64,000 nt of DNA from Alphaproteobacteria bacterium. Its GTDB lineage: Bacteria > Pseudomonadota > Alphaproteobacteria > SP197. The stretch spans positions 5,344,001 to 5,408,000 of the forward strand of contig OZ245842.1 of the NCBI GenBank assembly GCA_965228895.1. Direction: 5' to 3'. The notes under the pieces are model-generated. The model ran no database searches, was not told the origin of the DNA, and saw only the letters and a list, made by a program, of their open reading frames with translations. Every line of letters starts with the position of its first letter. Within the stretch, counting starts at the first letter, position 1. A program made the translations under genes and the position numbers. Shown here piece after piece: positions 18,846 to 28,982 of this stretch.

Positions 18846-19931
18846 TCAGGTTTCTCGCTTGATCGGGATGACGTTGGAATGCGCCGCCGGCTTAACATCC
18901 GCGCTTTGGTCGGTCGCGCCGGCCGCATCGCGCACAGGGTCAAAGTCCGGATATCGCTGTGACAGTGGCTGATGCTCCAGCACTGCCCGCACCTCCTTGA
19001 GGACGGTCCGGGCTCCATCGGCATAGGTCGCTTCGCCTACGTGCGTGAGCCAGCGTGGCAGGAAACCGCGGCGTACTTCGTACCAAACGAATGATTCGTG
19101 AGGCGCAAAGAGAAGAACGTCTTCAGGTTCGGGTGCGTCCAGGTGGGCGACGATGTCGAGAAAGCCGGCTTCGGTTTGGAGGAGTTTGGCAACGTCCGAG
19201 AACTCGTCACGCTTCTTGCGGGCGCGCTCTGTCAACACGATGACAACGCGATAACCATCGAGCATCGCAAGCGCTTGTCGAATTTCCCAGGCGACGGCCG
19301 GCGTCCCGCCTCGACCCGGCGGAAACACGAAAAAGACGCAACTGGCGCGACTTATCAGCAAGGCGACCTCGGTCTGCCAATTGTCATCGCACGAAACATA
19401 CTGCGGCCCGGGCGCCAGATCCTTCGCATCCGGCTGCACGACCGCACATGTTTCATGACCTAGGACGGCCCGAGCCTCCCTGGCAACGATCTGCTCGACG
19501 GTCACGGTGCGGTTGGCTGGAAGTACAAGGCGGTTCAGAAATGACCGTCGTCGCGGAACATTCAAAAAACCGTCAAATCCGAAAGGCCGCAAGATGAAGA
19601 CATACTCGCCCTGCCTTGCGTTAATCGATCGAATGAATTCGCGTGCGGTCGCGGTTTGGACGCGGTCGGAAGACACGTACTCGCGGACGAGCCGCCAGAT
19701 ATCGATGACTATGGAAAGAAAAACGATGCATCCGATGATTAAGGCCAGCCACATCCGTGACGTGATCGGCAAGGCGAGCGACCATCCTTCAGCTTGGTTG
19801 GATAGCGTCGAACGAAGATCGAACAGTAGAAAAAACACACCTATCAAGACCACAGCTTTGAGCAACACGAACATCATTCGCTGGGTGAACAGCAGACGTC
19901 GAATTCGATAGAACTTGCTGTTTCGGGGCAT
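18846..19931 (-). CDS. Hypothetical 2-TM membrane protein with TIR-like C-terminal domain
   Basis: Two hydrophobic helices, then FILRPFGFD..WQTEVALLISRASCVFF..GTPAVAWEI; start uncertain. Confidence 0.55.
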   Translation of the reverse strand: MPRNSKFYRIRRLLFTQRMMFVLLKAVVLIGVFFLLFDLRSTLSNQAEGWSLALPITSRMWLALIIGCIVFLSIVIDIWRLVREYVSSDRVQTATAREFIRSINARQGEYVFILRPFGFDGFLNVPRRRSFLNRLVLPANRTVTVEQIVAREARAVLGHETCAVVQPDAKDLAPGPQYVSCDDNWQTEVALLISRASCVFFVFPPGRGGTPAVAWEIRQALAMLDGYRVVIVLTERARKKRDEFSDVAKLLQTEAGFLDIVAHLDAPEPEDVLLFAPHESFVWYEVRRGFLPRWLTHVGEATYADGARTVLKEVRAVLEHQPLSQRYPDFDPVRDAAGATDQSADVKPAAHSNVIPIKRET

Positions 19932-20004
19932 CAGAAACCTCAGCCATCTGAACGTTCGACCTCGCAGCAGGTAAGGCGCCGACTGGGTCACGCAGGCCGA
20001 CCCG

Positions 20005-20118
20005 TCATGCGCGGTGGAGCGCCTCAGTATAGCTGGAGCCCAGACCGCGCGCAGCGCCAGTGACCAGGACCACACGATCTTTGAGGTCTAGGTCGTCTTC
20101 TTTCTTTGTGCTCATCAT
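20005..20118 (-). pseudogene. N-terminal remnant of a short-chain dehydrogenase
   Basis: LDLKDRVVLVTGAARGLG (TGxxxGxG) followed by TGA about 10 codons later. Confidence 0.65.
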
Positions 20119-20262
20119 CAACAGCTTACCCGCGCTTAGCTGATCAGCCCATGCAACTTTGCAACGTGCGATGCAATGCGATCGCCGTTCGCTAGCACCC
20201 AAGCTTGCCGCTACCCGAGATTCTGTGACAATGCGCGATGTCGACCCGCCGCTGGGGAATGC

Positions 20263-21117
20263 ATGATTAAACCACGCCGTAGCTTCATCTTCTCGCCGGG
20301 CTTGAGGCCCGAGTTGTTTCCGAAGGCCCTTGCTTGCGGTGCCGACATCGTCTGCGTCGAACTGGAAGACGGCATCGCGCCCAAGGACAAGGACGAGGCG
20401 CGGGGGAAGGCGCTCACCCTGTTCGCCGAGCCGCAGGCCGATGACGGCGTCGAGCGCATCGTGCGTATCAACAGCGTGCGCTCGGCCTTCGGTTTGGCCG
20501 ATGTCGAGGCCGTGCTCGCCGCCGACACGCCGCCGCCGGCGCTAATGCTGCCCAAGGTGATGACGCCGGACGAGGTGGTCTGGCTGGACGATCTCCTAAG
20601 CGAACGCGGCCACCAGACGCGTCTGCATGTCATTATCGAGACCAATGCCGGTCTGGAAGCCGTGCACGACATCGCGCGCGCCAGTCCGCGCGTGGAGGCG
20701 CTGTTCTTTGGCGGTGTTGATATGGCCGCAGAGTTGCGCTGCAAGAATGCGTGGGAGCCGCTGCTCTATGCCCGTTCGCGCGTCGTGCATGCAGCCGCTG
20801 GCGCGGGGCTGGACGTGATCGACGTGCCGTTCCTCGACCTTGAAGATCCCGACGGCATGGCGCGCGAAGCCGCGTTGGCGCGTGACCTCGGCTTCAGCGG
20901 CAAGGGCGCCGTCCATCCCAAACAGATCGCCGCCCTCAACGGCATCTTCACCCCGGACGACGCTGCGGTCGCTCGCGCCCGGCGGATTACCGCGGCGTTT
21001 GACGAGGCCGATACCGGTCTTGTCGTCATCGACGGCAAGCTGATCGAAAAACCGGTTCTGCGCGAGATGCACAGAATCCTTGCGATCGCCGATCGCATGG
21101 CAACACAATCGCAGTAA
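20263..21117 (+). CDS. CitE/HpcH-HpaI family CoA ester lyase
   Basis: RRSFIFSPG, ELEDGIAP, VRIN, IIET, FFGGVD, GFSGKGAVHPKQI. Confidence 0.9.
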   Translation: MIKPRRSFIFSPGLRPELFPKALACGADIVCVELEDGIAPKDKDEARGKALTLFAEPQADDGVERIVRINSVRSAFGLADVEAVLAADTPPPALMLPKVMTPDEVVWLDDLLSERGHQTRLHVIIETNAGLEAVHDIARASPRVEALFFGGVDMAAELRCKNAWEPLLYARSRVVHAAAGAGLDVIDVPFLDLEDPDGMAREAALARDLGFSGKGAVHPKQIAALNGIFTPDDAAVARARRITAAFDEADTGLVVIDGKLIEKPVLREMHRILAIADRMATQSQ

Positions 21118-21219
21118 CCAGGCACCAGGCGGCGTCGCCCGCCGCTCGCCGGCATCAAACTCGCTATCCGCACACACTGTTGGTGCTAGTCTGCGCCGCA
21201 ACGCCATCCAGTGGGGATT

Positions 21220-22788
21220 ATGCAGCCGAACATTCTTTTCATCATGGCCGATCAGATGCGCGCCGAGTGTCTCGGTTGCGCCGGCCATTCTGTATTGCAG
21301 ACGCCGGCGCTCGACAAGATTGCGGCGAACGGCGTCCGGTTCTCTCGGGCCTATGTGCAGTCGCCGGTCTGCGGCGGCTCGCGCATGTCGACCTATACGG
21401 GGCGCTACGCGTTCAGCCACGGCGCCTACGGTAACGGCTATGCGCTCGGCATCGACGAACCGACGATCGGCGATGTGCTGCGGCCTCTTGGCTATCGCGT
21501 CGGGCTGACGGGCAAGACGCACATGACGCATGATGCGGAGGGTTTCGCCCGGCTCGGCCTTGACCCCCTTAGCGGCCCAGGCGCACTGGTCAAGGAATGC
21601 GGTTTCGAAGCCTTCGAGCGCGACGACGGGCTTTATCCCGAACCGCTGTTCGATCCGGACCTCGCCTATAACCGCTATCTATGGGCGCAGGGTTACGGGG
21701 CCGACCATCCCTGGCACGACATCGCCAATGCCGCCGAAGGACCGGACGGTGAGATCCTGTCGGGTTGGCATATGCGCAACGCCCATCTGCCGGCGCGGGT
21801 CAAACCGGAGCATTCCGAGACCGCTTACATGACCGATCGCGCCATGGACTTTATTCGCGATGCCGGCGATACGCCCTGGTGCCTGCATCTTTCCTATATC
21901 AAACCGCACTGGCCCTATATGGCGCCGGCGCCCTGGCATAAACTCTACAGAAACGCCGAGCTTGCACCGGCGAACCGTGACGATAAGGAACGCATTGACC
22001 CCAACCCGGTCTACGCCGCCTTCATGGAGCATGCGGAAAGCCTGAGCTTCTCACGCGACGAGGTCAGGCAAAACGTGATCCCGACCTATCTGGGTCTGAT
22101 CGCCGAGATCGACCATCACGTCGGACGGTTAATGGCTTTCCTAGAAGACCAGGGGCTCGCGGAAAACACCGTCGTCGTCTTCACCTCCGACCACGGCGAC
22201 TATTTGGGCGACCATTGGCTGGGCGAAAAGGACCTCTATCACGAGGAGATCGTGAAGGTGCCGTTGATCATCGCCGATCTGCGACCGGGCGCGGATACGA
22301 TGCGCGGCAAGACGCTCGATGACTTTGTCGAGGCGATTGACCTGGCCGCCACGTTTCTGGACATGGCGGGCGGGGCGGCACAGCCTCACCGCCTGGAGGG
22401 TCGCTCATTGGTTCCCCTGTTGGCCGGCGAAAGACCGGAGACGTGGCGCGAGGCCGTGTTTTCGGACGGTTGTTTCGCCAAGAAACGGGCGCGCGTCACG
22501 CTGGGATTATCGCCCGCCGAAGCGCGCAGCTTCATGGTGCGCACGGAGGCGTGGAAGTACATCCACTTCAATGCAGCGCCGCCGATGTTGTTCGATCTGA
22601 AGAACGATCCGCAAGAGCGCCGCGACCTCGGCCGCGAAGCCGACTACGAAACCGTACGCGACACCATGAAGGACCTTTTGCTGCAATGGATGATGGATCG
22701 CCGCATGCGCATGGCGACCAGCGATGACGACATCGAACGCCAGACACCGCCGGCGAAACCAAAGAGCTGGTTGATCGGCGTCTGGTAA
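21220..22788 (+). CDS. Sulfatase / phosphonate monoester hydrolase-like protein
   Basis: NILFIMADQMR, PVCGGSRMSTYTGRY (formylglycine motif), GKTH, KPHWPY, TSDHGDYLGDH. Confidence 0.9.
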   Translation: MQPNILFIMADQMRAECLGCAGHSVLQTPALDKIAANGVRFSRAYVQSPVCGGSRMSTYTGRYAFSHGAYGNGYALGIDEPTIGDVLRPLGYRVGLTGKTHMTHDAEGFARLGLDPLSGPGALVKECGFEAFERDDGLYPEPLFDPDLAYNRYLWAQGYGADHPWHDIANAAEGPDGEILSGWHMRNAHLPARVKPEHSETAYMTDRAMDFIRDAGDTPWCLHLSYIKPHWPYMAPAPWHKLYRNAELAPANRDDKERIDPNPVYAAFMEHAESLSFSRDEVRQNVIPTYLGLIAEIDHHVGRLMAFLEDQGLAENTVVVFTSDHGDYLGDHWLGEKDLYHEEIVKVPLIIADLRPGADTMRGKTLDDFVEAIDLAATFLDMAGGAAQPHRLEGRSLVPLLAGERPETWREAVFSDGCFAKKRARVTLGLSPAEARSFMVRTEAWKYIHFNAAPPMLFDLKNDPQERRDLGREADYETVRDTMKDLLLQWMMDRRMRMATSDDDIERQTPPAKPKSWLIGVW

Positions 22789-22817
22789 GATAACGGCAGA
22801 ACAGGAGGACCACGCCC

Positions 22818-23243
22818 ATGCCTGACAAAACGACCGGCAGCTGCCTGTGTGGCGCTGTGACCTATGCGGTGAACCAGCCCTTGGGCGGTGTCATCGCGTG
22901 CCACTGTGCGGACTGCCAGAAAGCGGCTGGCGCCGGCGCGTCCCACAACATCGTCGTCAAGTCGGACAACGTCGTGGTGACCGGCGGTGAACCGAAGACC
23001 TATGCCAAGGTTGTCGACAGCGGGCGCACCCTGATCCGCACGTTCTGCGGCGATTGCGGTTCGCCGCTGTTTTCCCAGCGCAAGGAAACCCCGGAGATGA
23101 TCGTGATCAAGGCCGGCACGCTGGACGACAAACGGGACTTGAAGCTTGTGATGGATATCTGGACCGACAGCGCCGTCGGCTGGATCGCCGATGACCCGAA
23201 CGTCGAGAAACACGCCGGCAATCGACCGGCGCCGAAGTCCTGA
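22818..23243 (+). CDS. GFA family protein
   Basis: GSCLCG, CHCADCQK, FCGDCGSPL; AGGAGG RBS. Confidence 0.92.
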   Translation: MPDKTTGSCLCGAVTYAVNQPLGGVIACHCADCQKAAGAGASHNIVVKSDNVVVTGGEPKTYAKVVDSGRTLIRTFCGDCGSPLFSQRKETPEMIVIKAGTLDDKRDLKLVMDIWTDSAVGWIADDPNVEKHAGNRPAPKS

Positions 23244-23249
23244 CGACGA

Positions 23250-24887
23250 CTAAGCCATCACCGGCAGCATGATATGCGATGGCCTGTCCGTGTCGTGATG
23301 GATTGTCTGTTTCGCTGTGACGGTGGTCGCGCTCTTGCCGAACGGCGCGCCGGTGTTGGGGTTCCTGTCGTAACGGGTGAAGTCGCTGCTTGAGATTTCG
23401 ACACGCAGCCGATGCCCGGCAGGAACCCGGTAGCTGACCGACCACATGTCGACGTCGATGACGTAGACCCTGCCGGGTTCGAGAAGCTGGCGACCCTCGT
23501 CTTGATGGCGCAGCGCAGCCCGTTGGATGCCGTCCTGGATCAGGTTGACCCGGCCATCGGGGAAGACGTCGACAAGGGCGACCGTAAAGTCGGTGTCCGG
23601 CGCATCGCTCTCGATGTGGATTGTGGCTGAGAGCGGGCCCGTGAGATCGAGCGGTTGCGGCAAGGGCTCACTGGTAAAGGTCAGCACATCCGCTCGCGCC
23701 TCGATGTCCTGACGATCGTCCATCGCCTGGCACACCCGCCAAGCGTCTGTGCCCTCGCTCCAGGCGACCGGATCGGCGGGGTCATAGGTGAAGCGGTCGG
23801 CGGGTTCGTCACCCGGAGCCGATCGGTCCAGACGGCCATCGTCCAGTTTGTCTCCGGCCAAGCCGGTGCTGTGGAGATACCAGGTCTGGAGCGTGCAGCC
23901 ATCGGGCGGCCAGGTATCGGCATCGCGCCACGCATCGGCGCCGAGCGTGAAATAGTGAACCAGCCCTGCCGCGCCAAAACCGTTGTCGTGTTCCCTGAGA
24001 TAGCGATCGAAGAAACCGAGAAAGGCCTGCCACCGGTGCTCGTGATTGCCCGGACCGACATGGTTGAGGCCGACCCTCTGTGTCGTGTCGGACGTGCAGT
24101 AGTGGTCCCAGGGACCGATCATCAGGTGGTTGTGGCGCGCGGTTTCTTGCGCGTCGCGCAGCCACTGCCACTCCTCGACCATGGGCCCCATGAAGTTGTC
24201 GTACCAGCCCGTCCAATGCAGGACGGGGATGTCGATCGCCAGCATGGCGTCGAGCCGGTTGCGCGCGGTCCAATAGCGCATGGTGCGTTCGGGATGGGCG
24301 ATGACGTCGTCGAAATAGCTACACGACAGGCCGGCCCGGTCCGCCATCTCGGCAAGCGGCAGGTGACGCAGATCAAGCACGCTGGTGTCGGCCGCGATCC
24401 GGCCGAGCATAAAGATGCCCCAGATCCCCTCGCTGGCGAGCTTCAGGCAGCCCGATCGGTAGCTCCAGTTGTAGCGGTCGAACCCCTGATTGCCCGGCGC
24501 GATGCAGACCAGGCCCGGTGGTTTGAGCGACGCGGCGGCAAAGCAGGTATAGCCGTAATAGGAATTGCCCCACATGCCGACCCGCCCGTTCGACCAATCC
24601 TGATCGGCGATCCACTGGACGGTGTCGAATCCGTCCTTGGCCTCGGCGTCGATATCGCTCGCGTCGAACGTGCCGCCGGAACCCCACTTGCCGCGCACGT
24701 CCTGCACCACATAGGCGTAGCCGTCGTCCAGCAAGCGCTCGATCAGGTCGGGCATGGTGCCGAACGGCTGCGCCTTGCCATAGGGCACCCGCGACAGAAC
24801 GGCGGGAAACGGACCGTCGCCGTCCGGCAGATGAACGTCCGTCGCCAAGTCGACGCCGTCGCGCACCGTAATCTTGAGGTCCTTCAT
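23250..24887 (-). CDS. CocE/NonD family hydrolase
   Basis: RDGVDLATDV, QDVRGK, GNSYYG nucleophile elbow, GWYD, IGPWDH. Confidence 0.92.
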   Translation of the reverse strand: MKDLKITVRDGVDLATDVHLPDGDGPFPAVLSRVPYGKAQPFGTMPDLIERLLDDGYAYVVQDVRGKWGSGGTFDASDIDAEAKDGFDTVQWIADQDWSNGRVGMWGNSYYGYTCFAAASLKPPGLVCIAPGNQGFDRYNWSYRSGCLKLASEGIWGIFMLGRIAADTSVLDLRHLPLAEMADRAGLSCSYFDDVIAHPERTMRYWTARNRLDAMLAIDIPVLHWTGWYDNFMGPMVEEWQWLRDAQETARHNHLMIGPWDHYCTSDTTQRVGLNHVGPGNHEHRWQAFLGFFDRYLREHDNGFGAAGLVHYFTLGADAWRDADTWPPDGCTLQTWYLHSTGLAGDKLDDGRLDRSAPGDEPADRFTYDPADPVAWSEGTDAWRVCQAMDDRQDIEARADVLTFTSEPLPQPLDLTGPLSATIHIESDAPDTDFTVALVDVFPDGRVNLIQDGIQRAALRHQDEGRQLLEPGRVYVIDVDMWSVSYRVPAGHRLRVEISSSDFTRYDRNPNTGAPFGKSATTVTAKQTIHHDTDRPSHIMLPVMA

Positions 24888-24898
24888 GATCCGCGCGC

Positions 24899-26647
24899 CT
24901 AGCGGTGCATCACCGGCAGGACGATGTGGGACGGCCGCGCGGCGTCATGATGGATCGTCTGCTCGGCCTTGATGGTTGTCGCGCTGTGACCGTACGTCGT
25001 GCCCGTGTTGGGATTGCGGTCGTAACGGTTGAAGTCGCTGCTGGAAATCTCGACGCGCAGACGGTGGCCTTTCTCCATGCGATAGCTCGTTGCCCATAGA
25101 TCGATAGGCAGCGCATAGACCTCGCCCGGTTCGATCGGCTGCGGTGCGTTGTCGGGGTCGCGGAAGCCGGTGCGCAGGATGCCGTCCTGAATCATGTTGA
25201 CGCGCCCGTCCGGAAAGACGTCGGCAAGCACCACGGTGAAATCCGTGTCCGTCGCGCTGGATGCGGCGTGCAGCGTGGCCGTCACCGGCCCGGTCAGTTC
25301 CATCGGCGCGTCAAGTGGCACGCTCGTATAGACAAGCACATCGTGGCGCGTCTCGATGGGGCGGCGGTCGCCCATGTTCCCGGCCAGCGCCCAGCAATCC
25401 ATCTGCAGGCTTTCGGCGATCGGGTTGTCGGGGTCGTAGACGAAGTGATCGGCCGGTTCGTCGCCGGGCGGCTCCGCAGACAATACGCCGTCGCCATCGG
25501 CCGTGTTCGCTTGTCCCGCGCTATGCAGATACCAGGCCTGGTAATCCGTATCCGGCAGCGGCCAGTCCTCGGCATCGCGCCAGGTATCGTCGCCCAAGGT
25601 GAAATAGTGGATCGGACCGTTGTCGCCGTAGCCGTTGTCGAGTCCCATCAAGTAGTGGTCGAAGAACGCGGCGACGTGATCCCAGCGGTGGGCGAAGGCA
25701 GACGCCGGCACCGGCATCAGGCCGGCACGGCCCAGCTTGTCGGCGCTGCACTCGTGATCCCACGGACCGATCAGGACGTGGTTGTGCCGGGCGGGTGCGT
25801 TGGCGTCGGCCAGGATGCGCCAATCGGCAAGCATCGGGCCCAGATAGTTGTCGTACCAGCCGTCCCAGTGCAGCACGGGAATGCGAATCTGATCGTAACC
25901 CGCCAGCAGGCTGCGTTCGCGCCAGAACGGCGACGGCACCGGGTTGGCGATCACCTGATCGAAGTAGCTGCTGGGTATCCCGGCGGCGTTGGCCATGTCG
26001 GCCAATGGCAGATGCCATGGGTCGATTTTTGAGAGGTCCTGGTACTGGCGCGCCATCATCGAGATCGCCCACATGCCGACCGTGTTCATCTGCAAACACC
26101 CGTTGCGGAACGTCGCCGTGCAGCGGTTCATGGTGATGTCGCCGGGCGCGATGGCGGCGAGCGCCGGGTGACGGCTGACCGCACCGGCATAGCTGGTGAA
26201 GCCGAAATAGGACTCACCCCACATGCCGACCTTGCCGGTCGACCAGTCCTGGCCGGCGATCCAGTCGATGGTGTCGTAGGCGTCGTTGACCTCGACGCCG
26301 CCGACATTGGGATCGAACGTGCCTTCCGAGGCCCACTTGCCGCGCACGTCCTGGGCCACATAGGCGTAGCCCTTGGACGCGAAATAGGCGCCGATGATCG
26401 GCATGTAGCAGTAGGGTTCGGTCTTGCCGTAGGGCATGCGCGTCAAGATGGCGGGGAACGGTCCGTCGCCTTCGGGTAGGTAGACATCGGTTGCCAACCG
26501 CACGCCATCGCGCATGGCGATCATCTGATCGGACAGGACGCCGCCGAGCGACGCCCTGTCCGGCGTCGCCGTGGGGAGGCGCTCGAACGGCGGCGGCGCC
26601 GTCTTTTTGTCGATCTCCGCCGCCAACCCACCTTCAACCGCTGCCAT
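24899..26647 (-). CDS. CocE/NonD family hydrolase
   Basis: MRDGVRLATDV, QDVRGK, GESYFG, GWYD, IGPWDH. Confidence 0.92.
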   Translation of the reverse strand: MAAVEGGLAAEIDKKTAPPPFERLPTATPDRASLGGVLSDQMIAMRDGVRLATDVYLPEGDGPFPAILTRMPYGKTEPYCYMPIIGAYFASKGYAYVAQDVRGKWASEGTFDPNVGGVEVNDAYDTIDWIAGQDWSTGKVGMWGESYFGFTSYAGAVSRHPALAAIAPGDITMNRCTATFRNGCLQMNTVGMWAISMMARQYQDLSKIDPWHLPLADMANAAGIPSSYFDQVIANPVPSPFWRERSLLAGYDQIRIPVLHWDGWYDNYLGPMLADWRILADANAPARHNHVLIGPWDHECSADKLGRAGLMPVPASAFAHRWDHVAAFFDHYLMGLDNGYGDNGPIHYFTLGDDTWRDAEDWPLPDTDYQAWYLHSAGQANTADGDGVLSAEPPGDEPADHFVYDPDNPIAESLQMDCWALAGNMGDRRPIETRHDVLVYTSVPLDAPMELTGPVTATLHAASSATDTDFTVVLADVFPDGRVNMIQDGILRTGFRDPDNAPQPIEPGEVYALPIDLWATSYRMEKGHRLRVEISSSDFNRYDRNPNTGTTYGHSATTIKAEQTIHHDAARPSHIVLPVMHR

Positions 26648-26748
26648 GGTCTTCTCCGCTAATCATCCGCTGTGGCGCGATTGTCGCCGCCCCGTCGCGC
26701 GGCGGCCATTGATTTTGCCGTGCGCCCAGGGGTTTTCTTTCTATGTAT

Positions 26749-26771
26749 TGCGAATGAGAATTATTCTCAGT
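26749..26771. promoter_or_regulatory. Fur-box-like operator
   Basis: Perfect 7-1-7 IR TGAGAAT-T-ATTCTCA (26755-26769) with extra upstream hexamer TGCGAA in an AT-rich patch. Confidence 0.7.
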
Positions 26772-26821
26772 ATGGTGGTGTGAAGGCCATTGAAAGGGTG
26801 GGGAGTGATCACGTGCAGCCC

Positions 26822-27331
26822 ATGGCGCAAGACGAGTTTGAGACAGGCTGGCCAGAGCTGATGGCGGAGCTTGTTCATGGCGAACAGTTTCTTGTCTGGT
26901 CGTTCCGCCGCTGGGTGCTCGGCCTGACCGAGAACGACGGATCGCACTGGAACGTCGTCTGGCGCGAGTTCGAAGTGCGGATGGGGCAGCCGGACGGGCC
27001 TGCCGCCTTGGCCAACCTCGCGAAGCTGATCCGCGCGCTGCAAATGCATGCCCGCCGCCAGATCCAGCACCACCATCCATGTTGCCCGTGCCTGGGCACC
27101 GACGAGGCCTGTTTGGTTACCCTGATCGCGGCTTGCCAGCATGGCGAGGCAACGTTCGCCCGCGCCCTAGCCGGGGATATGGTGGAAAGTTCTGGCTTAA
27201 GCGCCATGGTCGAGGCGGTTGAACGCTTGGCTTATCTGATGCGCCGCAATGCGCTTTCTCTGCCCTTAAGGTCGAGCATCTCGGGCAACGAATGGGTGGT
27301 GCCGTCGCAGTCCTCGCGCTCCGTGCACTAG
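26822..27331 (+). CDS. Hypothetical protein with HHHPCCPC motif
   Basis: ORF with host-like codon use downstream of the Fur-like box; HHHPCCPCLGTDE..LIAACQHG. Confidence 0.7.
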   Translation: MAQDEFETGWPELMAELVHGEQFLVWSFRRWVLGLTENDGSHWNVVWREFEVRMGQPDGPAALANLAKLIRALQMHARRQIQHHHPCCPCLGTDEACLVTLIAACQHGEATFARALAGDMVESSGLSAMVEAVERLAYLMRRNALSLPLRSSISGNEWVVPSQSSRSVH

Positions 27332-27394
27332 CTTCGCCAGTGTGTTGCGACCGAGAACAGACATCGACGGCACCCACGGATTGACCGTTCCGGC

Positions 27395-28828
27395 TTAGGC
27401 GGCCGGTTCGATGTTTTGATTGAAGCGGAACAGATTGTCGGGGTCGTATCGCTTCTTGATCTCAGCCAAACGAACAAAGTTGTCGCCGAACGTCTTGCGA
27501 ACGAGCTCGTCGCCTTCCTCGCCCTGGCCGGGAAAGTTGAGATACATGCGGCCCTTGTCGGAGTGGGCTTTCATGCGGTGCCAGAACGCGCGGGTCCAAT
27601 CGATGTTGGTCTCATCCTGGTCGGGCGTATCCCATATCGAGTCGATCGAAAACATATAAGGCATGGAGCGGTCGCCGAAGGCCGTAGCATCGCTTGCCAC
27701 CCGCGCGGTTGCGCCACCGAAGTTCCAAATCGACGATAACGTATGGGGTGACGGCGGCTCAGCATTTCCGTCGATAATCGCGTCGATGACGTGATTGCCG
27801 AGATCGGCCAGATAGTGGCTCTTCCAATAACACCGGTGCTGGCCGAACGGGATGACAGTGTCGAAAAGAGTCTGCACCTCGCAGTAGGACATTTGACCGG
27901 AGAAGTCAGCGACCGGGTCTGCCAGTTCGCGCAGGGGCTGCAGCAATGTTTTGCCTTCGGCTGCGTCACCGGCATAAACGGCTGCCATGGTGTAGACACG
28001 CTTACCCCAGGCTGCCTCGGGAAACTCCGGGTCTTCCGGAACCGTCGAGAACTCGATCAACGAGCCGACATCGTCATTCTTATCGGCCAGGAAATCGCGC
28101 CAGAATCGGATCGGGCCAGGACCAACGTCGAGCGGATAGATAGGCGCGCAGAACATGACGGTCGGGCCGACTGGATGAACAGCAAACTCGAACGTCGTGA
28201 CGACACCGAAATTGCCGCCGCCGCCGCGCAAAGCCCAAAACAGATCAGCGTTCTCGCATTCGCTGGCGTGCACCAGACTGCCATCGGCGGTCACGACGTC
28301 GGTCGATACCAAGTTGTCGATGGTGAGACCATAGCGGCTCCTTAACCAACCGATGCCGCCGGACAGAGTCAGACCGGCCACACCGGTCTCTGAGATGAGG
28401 CCGCCCGGCAAGGCAAGACCGTGGGCCTGCGTCGCCTGATCGACATCGCCCCAAGTGGCACCGCCTTCAACCCGCGCACGTCGGGCATCCGGATCGACAA
28501 CGACGCCGCGCATCAAGGATAGATCGATCATCAGACCGTCATCGCATACCGCATGACCGGCGACGTTGTGTGCGCCGCCTCGAATGGAAACTGGCAGGCG
28601 ATGATTACGGGCAAAGGTAACGGCGCAACAAACGTCGGCCGCGCTCTTGCACTTCGCGATAACGGCGGGCCGGCGGTCGATCATGGTGTTCCACACCGCA
28701 CGGGCCTTGTCGTATTCGGCATCACCGGGAACAAGGACGTCGCCAAGCAATGATGCGCGAAGGTTCTTGATAGGCAAAGGGTCGCCGCCGGCCACGGGCC
28801 GGGAGGCGTTGGTGTTAGAGTTGTCCAT
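27395..28828 (-). CDS. FAD-binding oxidoreductase (BBE / 6-hydroxy-D-nicotine oxidase-like)
   Basis: RGGAHNVAG (covalent FAD His), LFWALRGGGGNFGVV, YLNF, KKRYDPDNLFRFNQNI. Confidence 0.92.
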   Translation of the reverse strand: MDNSNTNASRPVAGGDPLPIKNLRASLLGDVLVPGDAEYDKARAVWNTMIDRRPAVIAKCKSAADVCCAVTFARNHRLPVSIRGGAHNVAGHAVCDDGLMIDLSLMRGVVVDPDARRARVEGGATWGDVDQATQAHGLALPGGLISETGVAGLTLSGGIGWLRSRYGLTIDNLVSTDVVTADGSLVHASECENADLFWALRGGGGNFGVVTTFEFAVHPVGPTVMFCAPIYPLDVGPGPIRFWRDFLADKNDDVGSLIEFSTVPEDPEFPEAAWGKRVYTMAAVYAGDAAEGKTLLQPLRELADPVADFSGQMSYCEVQTLFDTVIPFGQHRCYWKSHYLADLGNHVIDAIIDGNAEPPSPHTLSSIWNFGGATARVASDATAFGDRSMPYMFSIDSIWDTPDQDETNIDWTRAFWHRMKAHSDKGRMYLNFPGQGEEGDELVRKTFGDNFVRLAEIKKRYDPDNLFRFNQNIEPAA

Positions 28829-28982
28829 GGGTCGGTTCCAATCGTGTGTCTGTTTGCATAGCGTTCAGACCCGGACGTTGGGTCCGTTGACTATAGCTAG
28901 GCATGGCGTTGGATCGTCCGAAGAGACAGAATGCCCAAGAACGGTTCGATTCTGACATGCTTGCGGATTTTGTGGTGCAGAC

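Noticed and set aside
18796-20200. Integrative element or prophage at tRNA-Ala
   Set aside because: No integrase and no direct repeat of the tRNA 3' end seen in the window; at most a small decayed islet
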